This document shows positions 1 to 8,361 of a DNA stretch of 48,387 nucleotides, piece after piece. The stretch is from Candidatus Heimdallarchaeota archaeon (GTDB taxonomy: Archaea > Asgardarchaeota > Heimdallarchaeia > Heimdallarchaeales > Heimdallarchaeaceae): positions 1 to 48,387 of the forward strand of contig JABCTC010000026.1 in the NCBI GenBank assembly GCA_018238545.1, in the 5' to 3' direction. The translations under genes and the position numbers were made by a program. Every line of letters begins with the position of its first letter. The first letter of the stretch is position 1. The notes beneath the pieces are model-generated. The model worked only from the letters and a program-made list of their open reading frames with translations, was not told the DNA's origin and ran no database searches.

Positions 1-32
1 TGTACGTTTGTACGATTGTACGTTTGTACGTT
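1..32. repeat. 8-bp tandem repeat TGTACG(T/A)T x4
   Basis: tgtacgtt tgtacgat tgtacgtt tgtacgtt at the window edge; may continue beyond the window. Confidence 0.9.
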
Positions 33-131
33 TTGAGTTAGCCCTATCACCCTATTTTCTCCCCTTAAAAGACTTCTTAAATAAACAAAGGTATGCTCTA
101 CCTCTGGTATGACATACCCTTATCATTAGTC

Positions 132-161
132 ATTGTATCATAATGACAAGCAGTGTGTCAA
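132..161 (-). promoter_or_regulatory. Leftward sigma70-type promoter
   Basis: Minus strand TTGACA (161-156), 18-nt spacer ending TGA, then TACAAT (137-132): extended -10. Confidence 0.6.
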
Positions 162-444
162 TAGTACTATCAAGGGCTGTCGTCCTTGAGGTGTACGTGC
201 GTGCAGGCGTGTATGCATGTGTTAAGAGGTACTACCCAAGTGTTTGAATAAACCAGAAGTATTTAAATAAACCAGATGGGAGTCTCAATGGAACCAAAGG
301 TGGGAGTAAAGAGTGCCACTCCTCCCCTTCCGCCTTCAAAAATTTTAAAAATTTTACAAAAAAGACCCCCTTCCGCCTTCATTTTTTTTGAAAAAAAAAC
401 AAAAAAGACCTCAAAAAATTATAAAAAAGAAACAAAAAAGAACC

Positions 445-519
445 AAATGTCATACATTGACTCTTGAGGTACCAGAGGGAAACCAATTATTGACAAATGT
501 CATACATTTATGTTACTCT
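445..519 (+). promoter_or_regulatory. Rightward sigma70-type promoter with duplicated palindromic operator
   Basis: TTGACA 490-495, 18-nt spacer, TG-n-TACTCT 511-519; palindrome AAATGT-CAT-ACATTT at 495-509 and near copy AAATGT-CAT-ACATTG at 445-459. Confidence 0.6.
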
Positions 520-577
520 TGAGGTAATAAACAAAAAATTTTAAATATAAAAACACTTTTTAAAGGAAACCTTTAAT

Positions 578-982
578 ATGAAAACACTTTCAATGAGAGA
601 ATTACAAAGAAATGCAGGAAATTTAGATTCCACCGAGCCTATTGCTATCCAAAAACATAAAAAAACTTACTTTGTTTTAATTCCAGTAGAACAATATGCA
701 GATTATTTAGAGCAAGTGAAATTTGATGCTCGTTCATTACGAGAAGAGAATTTTAAGTATAAAGAAATCTTTCGTCATTCTCTTTTTGTTAAAAATCCTT
801 TTTCAGGAAAATACCAACAGTTAAATTTAGATCAAGCCTTAGAGCAAGCTGACCAGCCATGGGAAGAACACACGCAATTTATTCCTGATCCACAAGTTAA
901 GAATGAAAAGGCTTCTATGACTTTAGAAGAATTAAAGGCTTCTGGTAAATTTGGGATAATTGATTTAAGCAACCATGACTGA
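578..982 (+). CDS. Phd/YefM-like DNA-binding domain protein
   Basis: N-terminus MKTLSMRELQRN...EPIAIQKHKKTYFVLIPVEQY follows the Phd/YefM antitoxin pattern; acidic C-terminal extension. Confidence 0.6.
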   Translation: MKTLSMRELQRNAGNLDSTEPIAIQKHKKTYFVLIPVEQYADYLEQVKFDARSLREENFKYKEIFRHSLFVKNPFSGKYQQLNLDQALEQADQPWEEHTQFIPDPQVKNEKASMTLEELKASGKFGIIDLSNHD

Positions 983-1388
983 AAAAAATATGCAGACTTT
1001 CTTTGGAAAGTATTTGCAAAAAAACCCTCCAATTTCTACAGAAGTTTATGAGTTGAAGATATGTAAGGGAAAATCGCTTCCTTTTAATATGGTTAAAGAT
1101 CATCAAATAGAAGGGCTGCTAAAAGCAGAAACGGGGCTGTATCATAAGATTACTGACTTTCCTATGTTTGCTGGTTCTAAAATTCGTTTTAATAGACCAA
1201 AACCTTTTGACTGTATTTGTTTTAATAAGGCTTCTTCTTTTATTATTATCTGGTTTTATATTCCGAGAGCAAAGAAGGTGTTTTATAAAATAAAAATTAA
1301 AGACTTTTTAAAATGTAAAGAAACTGCTGAAAGAAAAAGTATAACTGAAGAAATGGCTTCTAAAATAGGAACACAAATATGGATATAG
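975..1388 (+). CDS. RecU-like PD-(D/E)XK nuclease / putative Holliday junction resolvase
   Basis: YELK...SLPFNMVKDHQIEGL resembles RecU FEAK...FPL..HQIEH; also HKITD and KPFDC motifs. Confidence 0.55.
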   Translation: MTEKNMQTFFGKYLQKNPPISTEVYELKICKGKSLPFNMVKDHQIEGLLKAETGLYHKITDFPMFAGSKIRFNRPKPFDCICFNKASSFIIIWFYIPRAKKVFYKIKIKDFLKCKETAERKSITEEMASKIGTQIWI

Positions 1389-2281
1389 GTTATATTGGAA
1401 ATTTTAGGGCTAAGTATTCGACTGAAAATGACAGGGCTTGGGCTTTTAATAAGCTGGGGCATAATGTTATTGCTTTTCAAGAAGACACTTGCTGCACAGA
1501 AGATATTTTATCTCATAAGTTGGATTTTTTGATTTATTCTCACACTCATGGTTGGCATATGCCTGAAATACTAAAACTATTTAAAAGTATAGGTGTTCCC
1601 ACCATTTCTATTCATTTAGATAGATGGGCACAACTTGCACGTGAAAAAGATGTGGGAGTTGAAGCAACGTGGAAAGTAGACCATATGTTTATGGCTGATG
1701 GTTCTCCCGAAGCAGTAGAGCTTTATGAAAAACACAATTTAAATTGGACTTTTTTAAAACCAGGTGTAGATGAAAGAGGCTGTTATATGGCTCAACCAGA
1801 CCCTGTTAGATTCCCACATAAAATAGTATTTACTGGCAGTAAAGGTTATCACAGTGAATACCCTTTTAGACCCAAACTTATAGAATGGCTGCACAAAACT
1901 TATCCCAATCAATTTACCCATTATGGCGATGATTTACCTTCACTCCGAGGACACGACCTTAATGTTTTATATGCTAGTGCTAAAATTGTAGTTGGTGATT
2001 CTTGTTTTGGCGGAAGACCCAATTATGTTTCAGATCGATATTTTGAAGTGCGGGGAAGAGGCGGCTTTCTACTTCACCCCCATACTAAAGGATTTAATAC
2101 CACTGGCGTTGGTCATTATAAAACACTAGAAGAATTACAAAAACAAATTGATTTTTATTTAACTAATGATTATTCAAGAGAGTTAATGAGAAAAAAGGGT
2201 TTTGAATATGTTAAAAACAATCATACTTATACGCATAGAGCAAAAGAGGTATTAAATATTATATCTAAAGGATTAATATGA
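1379..2281 (+). CDS. GT-B glycosyltransferase (CgeB-like)
   Basis: IVFTGS...FRPKLIEWL, LYASAKIVVG...SDRYFEVRGRGGFLL, HTYTHRAKEVL are typical of the CgeB/Glyco_trans_1_2 C-terminal domain. Confidence 0.85.
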   Translation: MDIGYIGNFRAKYSTENDRAWAFNKLGHNVIAFQEDTCCTEDILSHKLDFLIYSHTHGWHMPEILKLFKSIGVPTISIHLDRWAQLAREKDVGVEATWKVDHMFMADGSPEAVELYEKHNLNWTFLKPGVDERGCYMAQPDPVRFPHKIVFTGSKGYHSEYPFRPKLIEWLHKTYPNQFTHYGDDLPSLRGHDLNVLYASAKIVVGDSCFGGRPNYVSDRYFEVRGRGGFLLHPHTKGFNTTGVGHYKTLEELQKQIDFYLTNDYSRELMRKKGFEYVKNNHTYTHRAKEVLNIISKGLI

Positions 2282-2970
2282 AAAATATTAAGATTAATGG
2301 CAAATGGGATATTTGGTTGCCCAAACATAGAGCTGAACGTCCAGAATGGTTTACTGATAAGGGCTGGGAAAGAGCCAGATTAGATTCAATGCACAAACAT
2401 CTTTCTAAAGACGATTTAATGTTTTATGTTGGTGCAGAAGAAGGTGATATGGCTGCTCTTTGCCAAATGTGGGGGGCTAAAATGGTTTTGTTTGAACCTA
2501 ATCCTAAAGTTTGGTCAAATATTAAAGCTATCTGGAAAGCTAATAAATTGGAAGATCCACTTCTTTGTTATGTCGGATTTGCTTCAAACAAAACATCAAC
2601 ACAAGGAATAGATCTTATTATAAGAGAAAGTGTTTGGGCAAATTGTGCTAATGGAAAATTAATCGCAGATCATGGATTTATGGAATTACATAATCATAAT
2701 GCTCCTGAAATTAAAATAGATGATATAGAAGTTATCCCTACTGCTATTTCTATTGATGTAGAGGGCAGTGAATGGCAAGTGCTTCGTGGTGCAGAACAAA
2801 CTCTTAGAAAATATCATCCTAAAATTTGGTTATCTTTACATCCTGAATTTATGTTTAGAATTTATGGTGAATATCAATTTGATTTAAGAGCTTGGATTAA
2901 AAATTTGGGTTATAAAGAAACATTGTTAGATTATCAGCATGAAGTGCATTTGATGTACGAAAAAAATTAA
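2278..2970 (+). CDS. FkbM-family SAM-dependent methyltransferase
   Basis: YVGAEEG motif I, FEPNP motif II, IDVEGSEWQVLRGAEQTL. Confidence 0.88.
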   Translation: MKNIKINGKWDIWLPKHRAERPEWFTDKGWERARLDSMHKHLSKDDLMFYVGAEEGDMAALCQMWGAKMVLFEPNPKVWSNIKAIWKANKLEDPLLCYVGFASNKTSTQGIDLIIRESVWANCANGKLIADHGFMELHNHNAPEIKIDDIEVIPTAISIDVEGSEWQVLRGAEQTLRKYHPKIWLSLHPEFMFRIYGEYQFDLRAWIKNLGYKETLLDYQHEVHLMYEKN

Positions 2971-3037
2971 TTCTATATCATGAAAAACTTAAAAAGCCGT
3001 TTTAAAGGCATTTAAAGAGGTTTATTGAGAGAAAAAT

Positions 3038-4519
3038 ATGCTAAAAATCATTCATTTGCAACTAAATAACAAAGCAAAGGGTACTTATTGGGATCATACT
3101 TTTTTATTAGACTGTTTAGAAGGTTTAGATTCAAACCGAGTGGTTGTAATTATTCCAGGTGCTTATCAATGGAATATTACAGACGAAATTAATAGGGAAT
3201 TAGCTAAGTATAAAAAGGTATTAGTTTTTGTAACTTCTGATGAAGAATGCAAATTTGATATAAAAAAATTAAAGCATTCTAATATGATTGTTTATAGTCA
3301 ATATAACAATGGTGGTAAATTATTTCCTCTTGGCTATCCTCCCAATACTCGTAAAATTTTGAAAGAAATTGGATTGGTAAAAAAACAGCATGATTGGTTT
3401 TTTGCAGGTCAAATTAATTGTTCTCGTAGAAAAATGATGGTTGAGGAATTAAAAAAAAGAAAAAATGGAAGACTTTATGAAAGTAAAGGGTTTGCTCAAG
3501 GATTAGATCAACAACAATATTTATATACATTAGCTTGTGCTAAAACAGCTATTTGTCCTCCAGGTCATGTTGCCATTGATTCTTTTCGTCTTTATGAAGC
3601 ACTTGAAGCAGGATGCAATCCCATTGTTGATAGTGTAGGTTCGCTTGATTCTTCTGATACATATTTTTGGGAAAAATTATTTGGTGATGTTGGTTTTTCA
3701 ACTTTTACAGATTATAAAAAAATGCCAACTGGTAAAGATAGTTTAGCTTGGTGGATAAATAAAAAATATCAAATTAGACAGCAGTTTAAGCGTGATTTAG
3801 GTATAAAAGAAAATGATATTGCAGCTATTATTCCAGTTTCTCCAATTAAATCACATCCGAGTACTAGAATAATTGATGAAACTATTAAAAGTATTCGTCA
3901 TCACTTAGATTGTCCTATTTTAGTAACTATGGATGGAGTTAGAAAAGAGCAAGAAAAATTTAAAACTAATTATATGGAATTTCAAAAAAGATTTTTGTGG
4001 AAGTGTAATTTTGAATATAAAGATGTATTGCCTGTTGTTTTTAATAAACATACTCATCAGGCAGGAATGATGAAGGTAGTTTTAAAAAATATTAATATTC
4101 CTTATATTTTATATGTAGAGCATGATACGCCTCTTACTAAAGATAAAATTCCCTGGAATAAATTAAAAAAATACATTAAATCTAAACAATCTAATTTAAT
4201 AAGATTTTATTTTGAAAATCAAATTATTGATGAACACAAACATTTAATGGTTGGTAAACCAGAAAATGAGTTTTTAAAAACTATTCAGTGGAGTCAACGT
4301 CCACATCTTGCTTCTATTGAATATTATAAACAGGTAATGAGTAATTTTTCAGATAAAAGCAATACTTTTATAGAAGACAAAATGCACGGAATTGTACAAA
4401 CTCAAACATGGAAAAAAAACAAACTTTGTATTTATCACCCAAAAGAAAACATTAGGCGATCTTATCATCTTGACGGAAGGAGTGGTGAAAAAAAATACGA
4501 TGATCGTTTGATATATTAA
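3038..4519 (+). CDS. Two-domain glycosyltransferase (exostosin/GT47-like + GT-A-like)
   Basis: N-half: FFAGQ...AICPPG..DSFRLYEALEAGCNPIV. C-half: IIPVSP...VTMDG...YVEHD...YHLDGR. Confidence 0.75.
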   Translation: MLKIIHLQLNNKAKGTYWDHTFLLDCLEGLDSNRVVVIIPGAYQWNITDEINRELAKYKKVLVFVTSDEECKFDIKKLKHSNMIVYSQYNNGGKLFPLGYPPNTRKILKEIGLVKKQHDWFFAGQINCSRRKMMVEELKKRKNGRLYESKGFAQGLDQQQYLYTLACAKTAICPPGHVAIDSFRLYEALEAGCNPIVDSVGSLDSSDTYFWEKLFGDVGFSTFTDYKKMPTGKDSLAWWINKKYQIRQQFKRDLGIKENDIAAIIPVSPIKSHPSTRIIDETIKSIRHHLDCPILVTMDGVRKEQEKFKTNYMEFQKRFLWKCNFEYKDVLPVVFNKHTHQAGMMKVVLKNINIPYILYVEHDTPLTKDKIPWNKLKKYIKSKQSNLIRFYFENQIIDEHKHLMVGKPENEFLKTIQWSQRPHLASIEYYKQVMSNFSDKSNTFIEDKMHGIVQTQTWKKNKLCIYHPKENIRRSYHLDGRSGEKKYDDRLIY

Positions 4520-4520
4520 T

Positions 4521-4558
4521 AATGAAAGTACATAAATGAAAGTACATAAATGAAAGTA
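4521..4558 (+). repeat. 14-bp tandem repeat AATGAAAGTACATA x2.7 containing the start codon of the next gene
   Basis: Units at 4521-4534, 4535-4548 and partial 4549-4558. Confidence 0.95.
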
Positions 4559-5560
4559 GGTTTAATAGCTTTTATGAATAGCGGCGGTCTTTCTGCTCAA
4601 ACCAGAAGGCTTGCTCAAATGCTTAATCCTTATAAGATTCTTCTTATTGATTCTTCTGGTTTTTCACCAAATAAAAAACAATATCCCAAAGATTATAAAA
4701 ATTATAATTATACTATAACTAAAGGATTTCCTAAAAATCATGATATTAATACATTTATTCGAGGTTTAACTCATGTATTAACTGTAGAAAATCCATATAA
4801 TTTTTATTTAATTCATGCCTGTAAAGAGGCTGGAATAAAAACTATAGTTCAAACCAATTATGAATTTTGTGAAAATATACAAGCACCTTGGCTTCCAACT
4901 CCTGATCTATTTTTAATGCCTTCTTATTGGAAAATAAAAGAAATGAGTAAATACGATGCTGTATATTTACCTCCTCCAATTAATGTTAAAGAGTTTGAAA
5001 GTGCAAGAAAAACTCATAAAAATAAATTTTTACATATAGTGGGAACACTAGCTTTTAAAGACAGAAATGGCACATTGGATTTACTAAAAGCTATTAAAGG
5101 TGTTAAAAAAGATTTTAAATTAGTAATTAAATCACAACATGAATTACCAAGTAATTATATTATTAAAGATTCAAGGGTTTTTTACAAAATTGGAAATGTT
5201 AGAAAAAATGTTAATTTATATAAAGGGTTTAAGGCTTTAATTTTACCTCGTAGATATGGAGGGTTAAGTTTAACTACTAATGAAGCACTAATGAGTGGAT
5301 TGCCAGTAATGATGCCTGATATTTCTCCTAATAATAAATTACTTCCCAAGCAATGGCTTGTTCCTGCAAAATTAAATCATATATTCCAAGCAAGAGCTTC
5401 TATTGAATGTTATTCAGTAAATATAAAGGCACTGACTAAAAAAATAAGCGAATGGATTGATTTTATTCCTTATAATTTTGCAGCCTTTCCTATTGCTATA
5501 GATAATTTTTCTATGAATGTGTTAAGACCGAAGTATATGCGAATGTTTGCACAAATATAA
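4550..5560 (+). CDS. GT4-like (GT-B) glycosyltransferase
   Basis: GGLSAQTRRL N-terminal loop; LILPRRYGGLSLTTNEALMSGLPVMMPD signature. Confidence 0.85.
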   Translation: MKVGLIAFMNSGGLSAQTRRLAQMLNPYKILLIDSSGFSPNKKQYPKDYKNYNYTITKGFPKNHDINTFIRGLTHVLTVENPYNFYLIHACKEAGIKTIVQTNYEFCENIQAPWLPTPDLFLMPSYWKIKEMSKYDAVYLPPPINVKEFESARKTHKNKFLHIVGTLAFKDRNGTLDLLKAIKGVKKDFKLVIKSQHELPSNYIIKDSRVFYKIGNVRKNVNLYKGFKALILPRRYGGLSLTTNEALMSGLPVMMPDISPNNKLLPKQWLVPAKLNHIFQARASIECYSVNIKALTKKISEWIDFIPYNFAAFPIAIDNFSMNVLRPKYMRMFAQI

Positions 5561-5576
5561 AAGTTTGTGATATATT
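5547..5576 (+). promoter_or_regulatory. Putative promoter for terL, possibly leaderless
   Basis: TTGCAC 5547-5552, 18-nt spacer ending TGA, TATATT 5571-5576, ATG 7 nt downstream. Confidence 0.4.
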
Positions 5577-5583
5577 TAATGCA

Positions 5584-7128
5584 ATGCTTACTCAGATGAC
5601 TTCAAAACAAAGATCAAAATTAGAAGCAACTTTTAAAGAAATGGTTAAAAAAGCACAGGAAGACCCTGTCTATTTTTTTAGCACTTTTTTATATACTTTT
5701 AATCCCAAGCAAAAACCTTTTCATTTTAGATTTATTCCTTTTCCTTTTCAAAAACGTTTAATTAGAACGATAATTGAACATATTCAAAATGGAGAGGATT
5801 TATATGTTGAAAAATGTCGAGAAATGGGAGCAACTTATACCTTATTAGGTGTATTTATTTGGTTATGGTTATGGACTCCTGCTTCTAACTTTTTAATAGG
5901 CTCAAGAAAAGAAGAATATGTTGATAATAGAAGGGGTGGAACTGTCGGGAATAAAGAAGAATCATTGTTTGGAAAAATTGATTATATGATGAGCAGATTG
6001 CCAAAATTTATTTTACCACCTGGATATAATAGTGATAAACATTTTAATTATATGTCTTTAGTTAATCCTAACAATGGTAATTCTATTTCAGGAGAATCAA
6101 GTAATGAAAACTTTTCACGGGGTGGTCGTAAGCGAGCTATTATGTTAGATGAATTTGCTTTTTGGCAAAACTCAACTGCTGCTTGGGGGTCTACTGCTGA
6201 TACTACCAACTGTAGAATTATTTTAACAACGCCTGGAATAAAACCTGGCAAAGCGAAGCGTTTAAGATTTGGAAAAGATGGTGAAAAAATAAAAATTGTT
6301 ACACTTCCTTATAATTTAGATCCTAGAAAAAATAAGGTGTGGTTAGCTGACCAAAAAAGTCGTAGATCAGAAGAAGATTTTAACCGCGAAATTATGATTA
6401 ATTGGGAAATGTCTTTGAAGGGAAGAATTTATCCTGAAATGAAAAAAGCAGTTTATGGTGATTTTCCTCTTATCCCAGGAGTACAAATATTTGTTTCAGG
6501 TGATTATGGTTTAGATGGTACAACATTTTTATTTTGGCAAAGAAATCCTAAAAATGGTAAATGGAGATTGATAAATTCATTTCACCATGAAGACGAGCCG
6601 ATAGAATATTACTTTCCTTTGTTTGGGAATCCCGTTAATTCTAAATTTAGTTATACCAATCAACAATTAAGTGATTTTGAATTTATTAGTGCTTATCCTC
6701 CTGCTATTCATTTTGGCGATCCTTCTATTGTAAAACGATCTGGCAATGAAGACAAAAAATCTGATCGTGATAAATTAGCAGCGATTGGGGTATATGTACT
6801 GGTAAATACTAAAAATAATAGTATTGAATATCGGGTAAATACTACAAAAGTTGCTTTAAAAAATGGAATTGAAATTAATGAAAATGAAAATAATAATTAT
6901 GCTTTTGAAGCATTTAAGGGTTACAGGTGGAAAACATGGGATGAAGACCATGAAACAACTAGTGGTTTTAGAAAACCAATACATAATTTTTGTAGTCATC
7001 CAAGCACAGCAATGGAATTTATGTTTGTAAATGTTGAAAAATATATTATGGAAAAACAAGAAGCTCCTGCATGGGCTACAAAGGTTCGTGGATGGTTAAC
7101 AAGTAAAAAATCAATTAAAAAAAGGTAA
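5584..7128 (+). CDS. terL: Terminase large subunit
   Basis: PFPFQ adenine-binding motif, EKCREMGAT Walker A variant, AIMLDEFAF Walker B, TTP motif III, DYG and H-x3-H nuclease-domain residues. Confidence 0.92.
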   Translation: MLTQMTSKQRSKLEATFKEMVKKAQEDPVYFFSTFLYTFNPKQKPFHFRFIPFPFQKRLIRTIIEHIQNGEDLYVEKCREMGATYTLLGVFIWLWLWTPASNFLIGSRKEEYVDNRRGGTVGNKEESLFGKIDYMMSRLPKFILPPGYNSDKHFNYMSLVNPNNGNSISGESSNENFSRGGRKRAIMLDEFAFWQNSTAAWGSTADTTNCRIILTTPGIKPGKAKRLRFGKDGEKIKIVTLPYNLDPRKNKVWLADQKSRRSEEDFNREIMINWEMSLKGRIYPEMKKAVYGDFPLIPGVQIFVSGDYGLDGTTFLFWQRNPKNGKWRLINSFHHEDEPIEYYFPLFGNPVNSKFSYTNQQLSDFEFISAYPPAIHFGDPSIVKRSGNEDKKSDRDKLAAIGVYVLVNTKNNSIEYRVNTTKVALKNGIEINENENNNYAFEAFKGYRWKTWDEDHETTSGFRKPIHNFCSHPSTAMEFMFVNVEKYIMEKQEAPAWATKVRGWLTSKKSIKKR

Positions 7129-7161
7129 AAGAAAATACTTTTTTATAAAAGAAAGGAAGTC

Positions 7162-7317
7162 ATGGACGTAAGATCAAAAGATTCTATTCGAGCAATAGAA
7201 AAAACACTAGTAAAACAAGCGGAGGAAATTGTTTGGTTAAGAGAACATATAGAAATGTTACTTACTTTAACTAGAGCAATTAAAAAATCAACTGTTAGAA
7301 AATGGAATAAAAAATGA
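7162..7317 (+). CDS. Small helical hypothetical protein (51 aa; absent from ORF track)
   Basis: MDVRSKDSIRAIEKTLVKQAEEIVWLREHIEMLLTLTRAIKKSTVRKWNKK; AAAGGAAG upstream; stop overlaps next start (ATGA). Confidence 0.7.
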   Translation: MDVRSKDSIRAIEKTLVKQAEEIVWLREHIEMLLTLTRAIKKSTVRKWNKK

Positions 7318-7946
7318 TAGCTGATCTATCAATAATCTGCACTAGTTTTAATAAACCTAATGAGCAGCTTTGTGAATGTATGGATTCTATAAAAGCACAA
7401 ACCATAGCTCCTAAAGAGATAATTTTAGTTGACGACTGTTCAAATGAGCCTCACGCTCATGCTTTAGCTATTTCTATTATTTTACCTAAAAATGTAGGAG
7501 TGGCTAAAGCACGTGATATTGGGGTCAAAATGTCTACTGGTAAATTATTATTATTTCTTGATGCTGATGATAAAATTGCTCCAGATTTTATAGAACAATG
7601 TGGAAAAGTTGTTAATAAGTTTGATGTTATTTATACCAACTTTTTATTATTTGGTCATGTAGAAAGAAATAAATTGATGGAATTACCTAGTAAATTAAAG
7701 GAAAAAGATTTGTTGAAAACTTGTCCGCTTAGAGTAACTTCAATGATTTATAGAAAAATGTATGATGATTTGAATGGATTTAAAAATTTACCCGTATTTG
7801 AAGATTGGGATTTTTGGTTAAGAGCTATAAGAAAAAAATATACTTTTAAAAAAGCTAATTCTCTTTTTTGGTATAGGCAAAATTTAAAATCCCGCAATCA
7901 TGTTTCTATGGAACAGAAAAATAAAGTGCGAAAGCAAATATTATGA
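7314..7946 (+). CDS. GT2-family glycosyltransferase
   Basis: EIILVDDCS, NVGVAKARDIG, FLDADD (DxD), EDWDFWLR. Confidence 0.92.
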   Translation: MIADLSIICTSFNKPNEQLCECMDSIKAQTIAPKEIILVDDCSNEPHAHALAISIILPKNVGVAKARDIGVKMSTGKLLLFLDADDKIAPDFIEQCGKVVNKFDVIYTNFLLFGHVERNKLMELPSKLKEKDLLKTCPLRVTSMIYRKMYDDLNGFKNLPVFEDWDFWLRAIRKKYTFKKANSLFWYRQNLKSRNHVSMEQKNKVRKQIL

Positions 7947-8347
7947 GTAAAACAACAGTTCGTTTAAAAGTTTCTAATGGACTCAATAATTTTGTGCCAG
8001 TTGCTATTCCTTTTTCACAAGTAGAGGGTGAATATTTAGATGGAAAAACAAAACAAGTTGATTTAAGCGATGGCGGCTTAGAGGCTAAACAAATGATGTC
8101 TGATTTAGCTTATGAAGAACTCATTATACAGGTTTTATATAACCTAGATTTAAGAGATAAATTAATTTTTGTTTATCAATTATTGAGGGATTCTGGCTTT
8201 CAAATTAATCATGGTTCTTTTGCTAAAACAATTCATTTAAGTCGTTGTCAATATATGCGTATTTTAAAAGATGTAAAATTAAAAACTAATTTATACATTT
8301 TGGGTTATAAAAATAGTTTAAAAAAGACACAAAATAAGAAAAAGTAA
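7943..8347 (+). CDS. Hypothetical protein with possible sigma region-4-like HTH
   Basis: LYNLDLRDKLIF...GF...FAKTIHLSRCQYMRILKDVKLK resembles the sigma70 region-4 pattern. Confidence 0.45.
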   Translation: MSKTTVRLKVSNGLNNFVPVAIPFSQVEGEYLDGKTKQVDLSDGGLEAKQMMSDLAYEELIIQVLYNLDLRDKLIFVYQLLRDSGFQINHGSFAKTIHLSRCQYMRILKDVKLKTNLYILGYKNSLKKTQNKKK

Positions 8348-8361
8348 TCTAATATATAAAT

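Noticed and set aside
1-32. CRISPR array
   Set aside because: Contiguous 8-bp units without spacers; no repeat-spacer array or cas gene recognised anywhere in the window.
276-467. 63-aa ORF
   Set aside because: Low-complexity translation of A/T tracts and repeats in a regulatory region.
578-1388. Canonical type II toxin-antitoxin pair
   Set aside because: The downstream gene resembles a RecU-like nuclease, not Doc, RelE/YoeB or PIN; toxicity cannot be excluded without testing.
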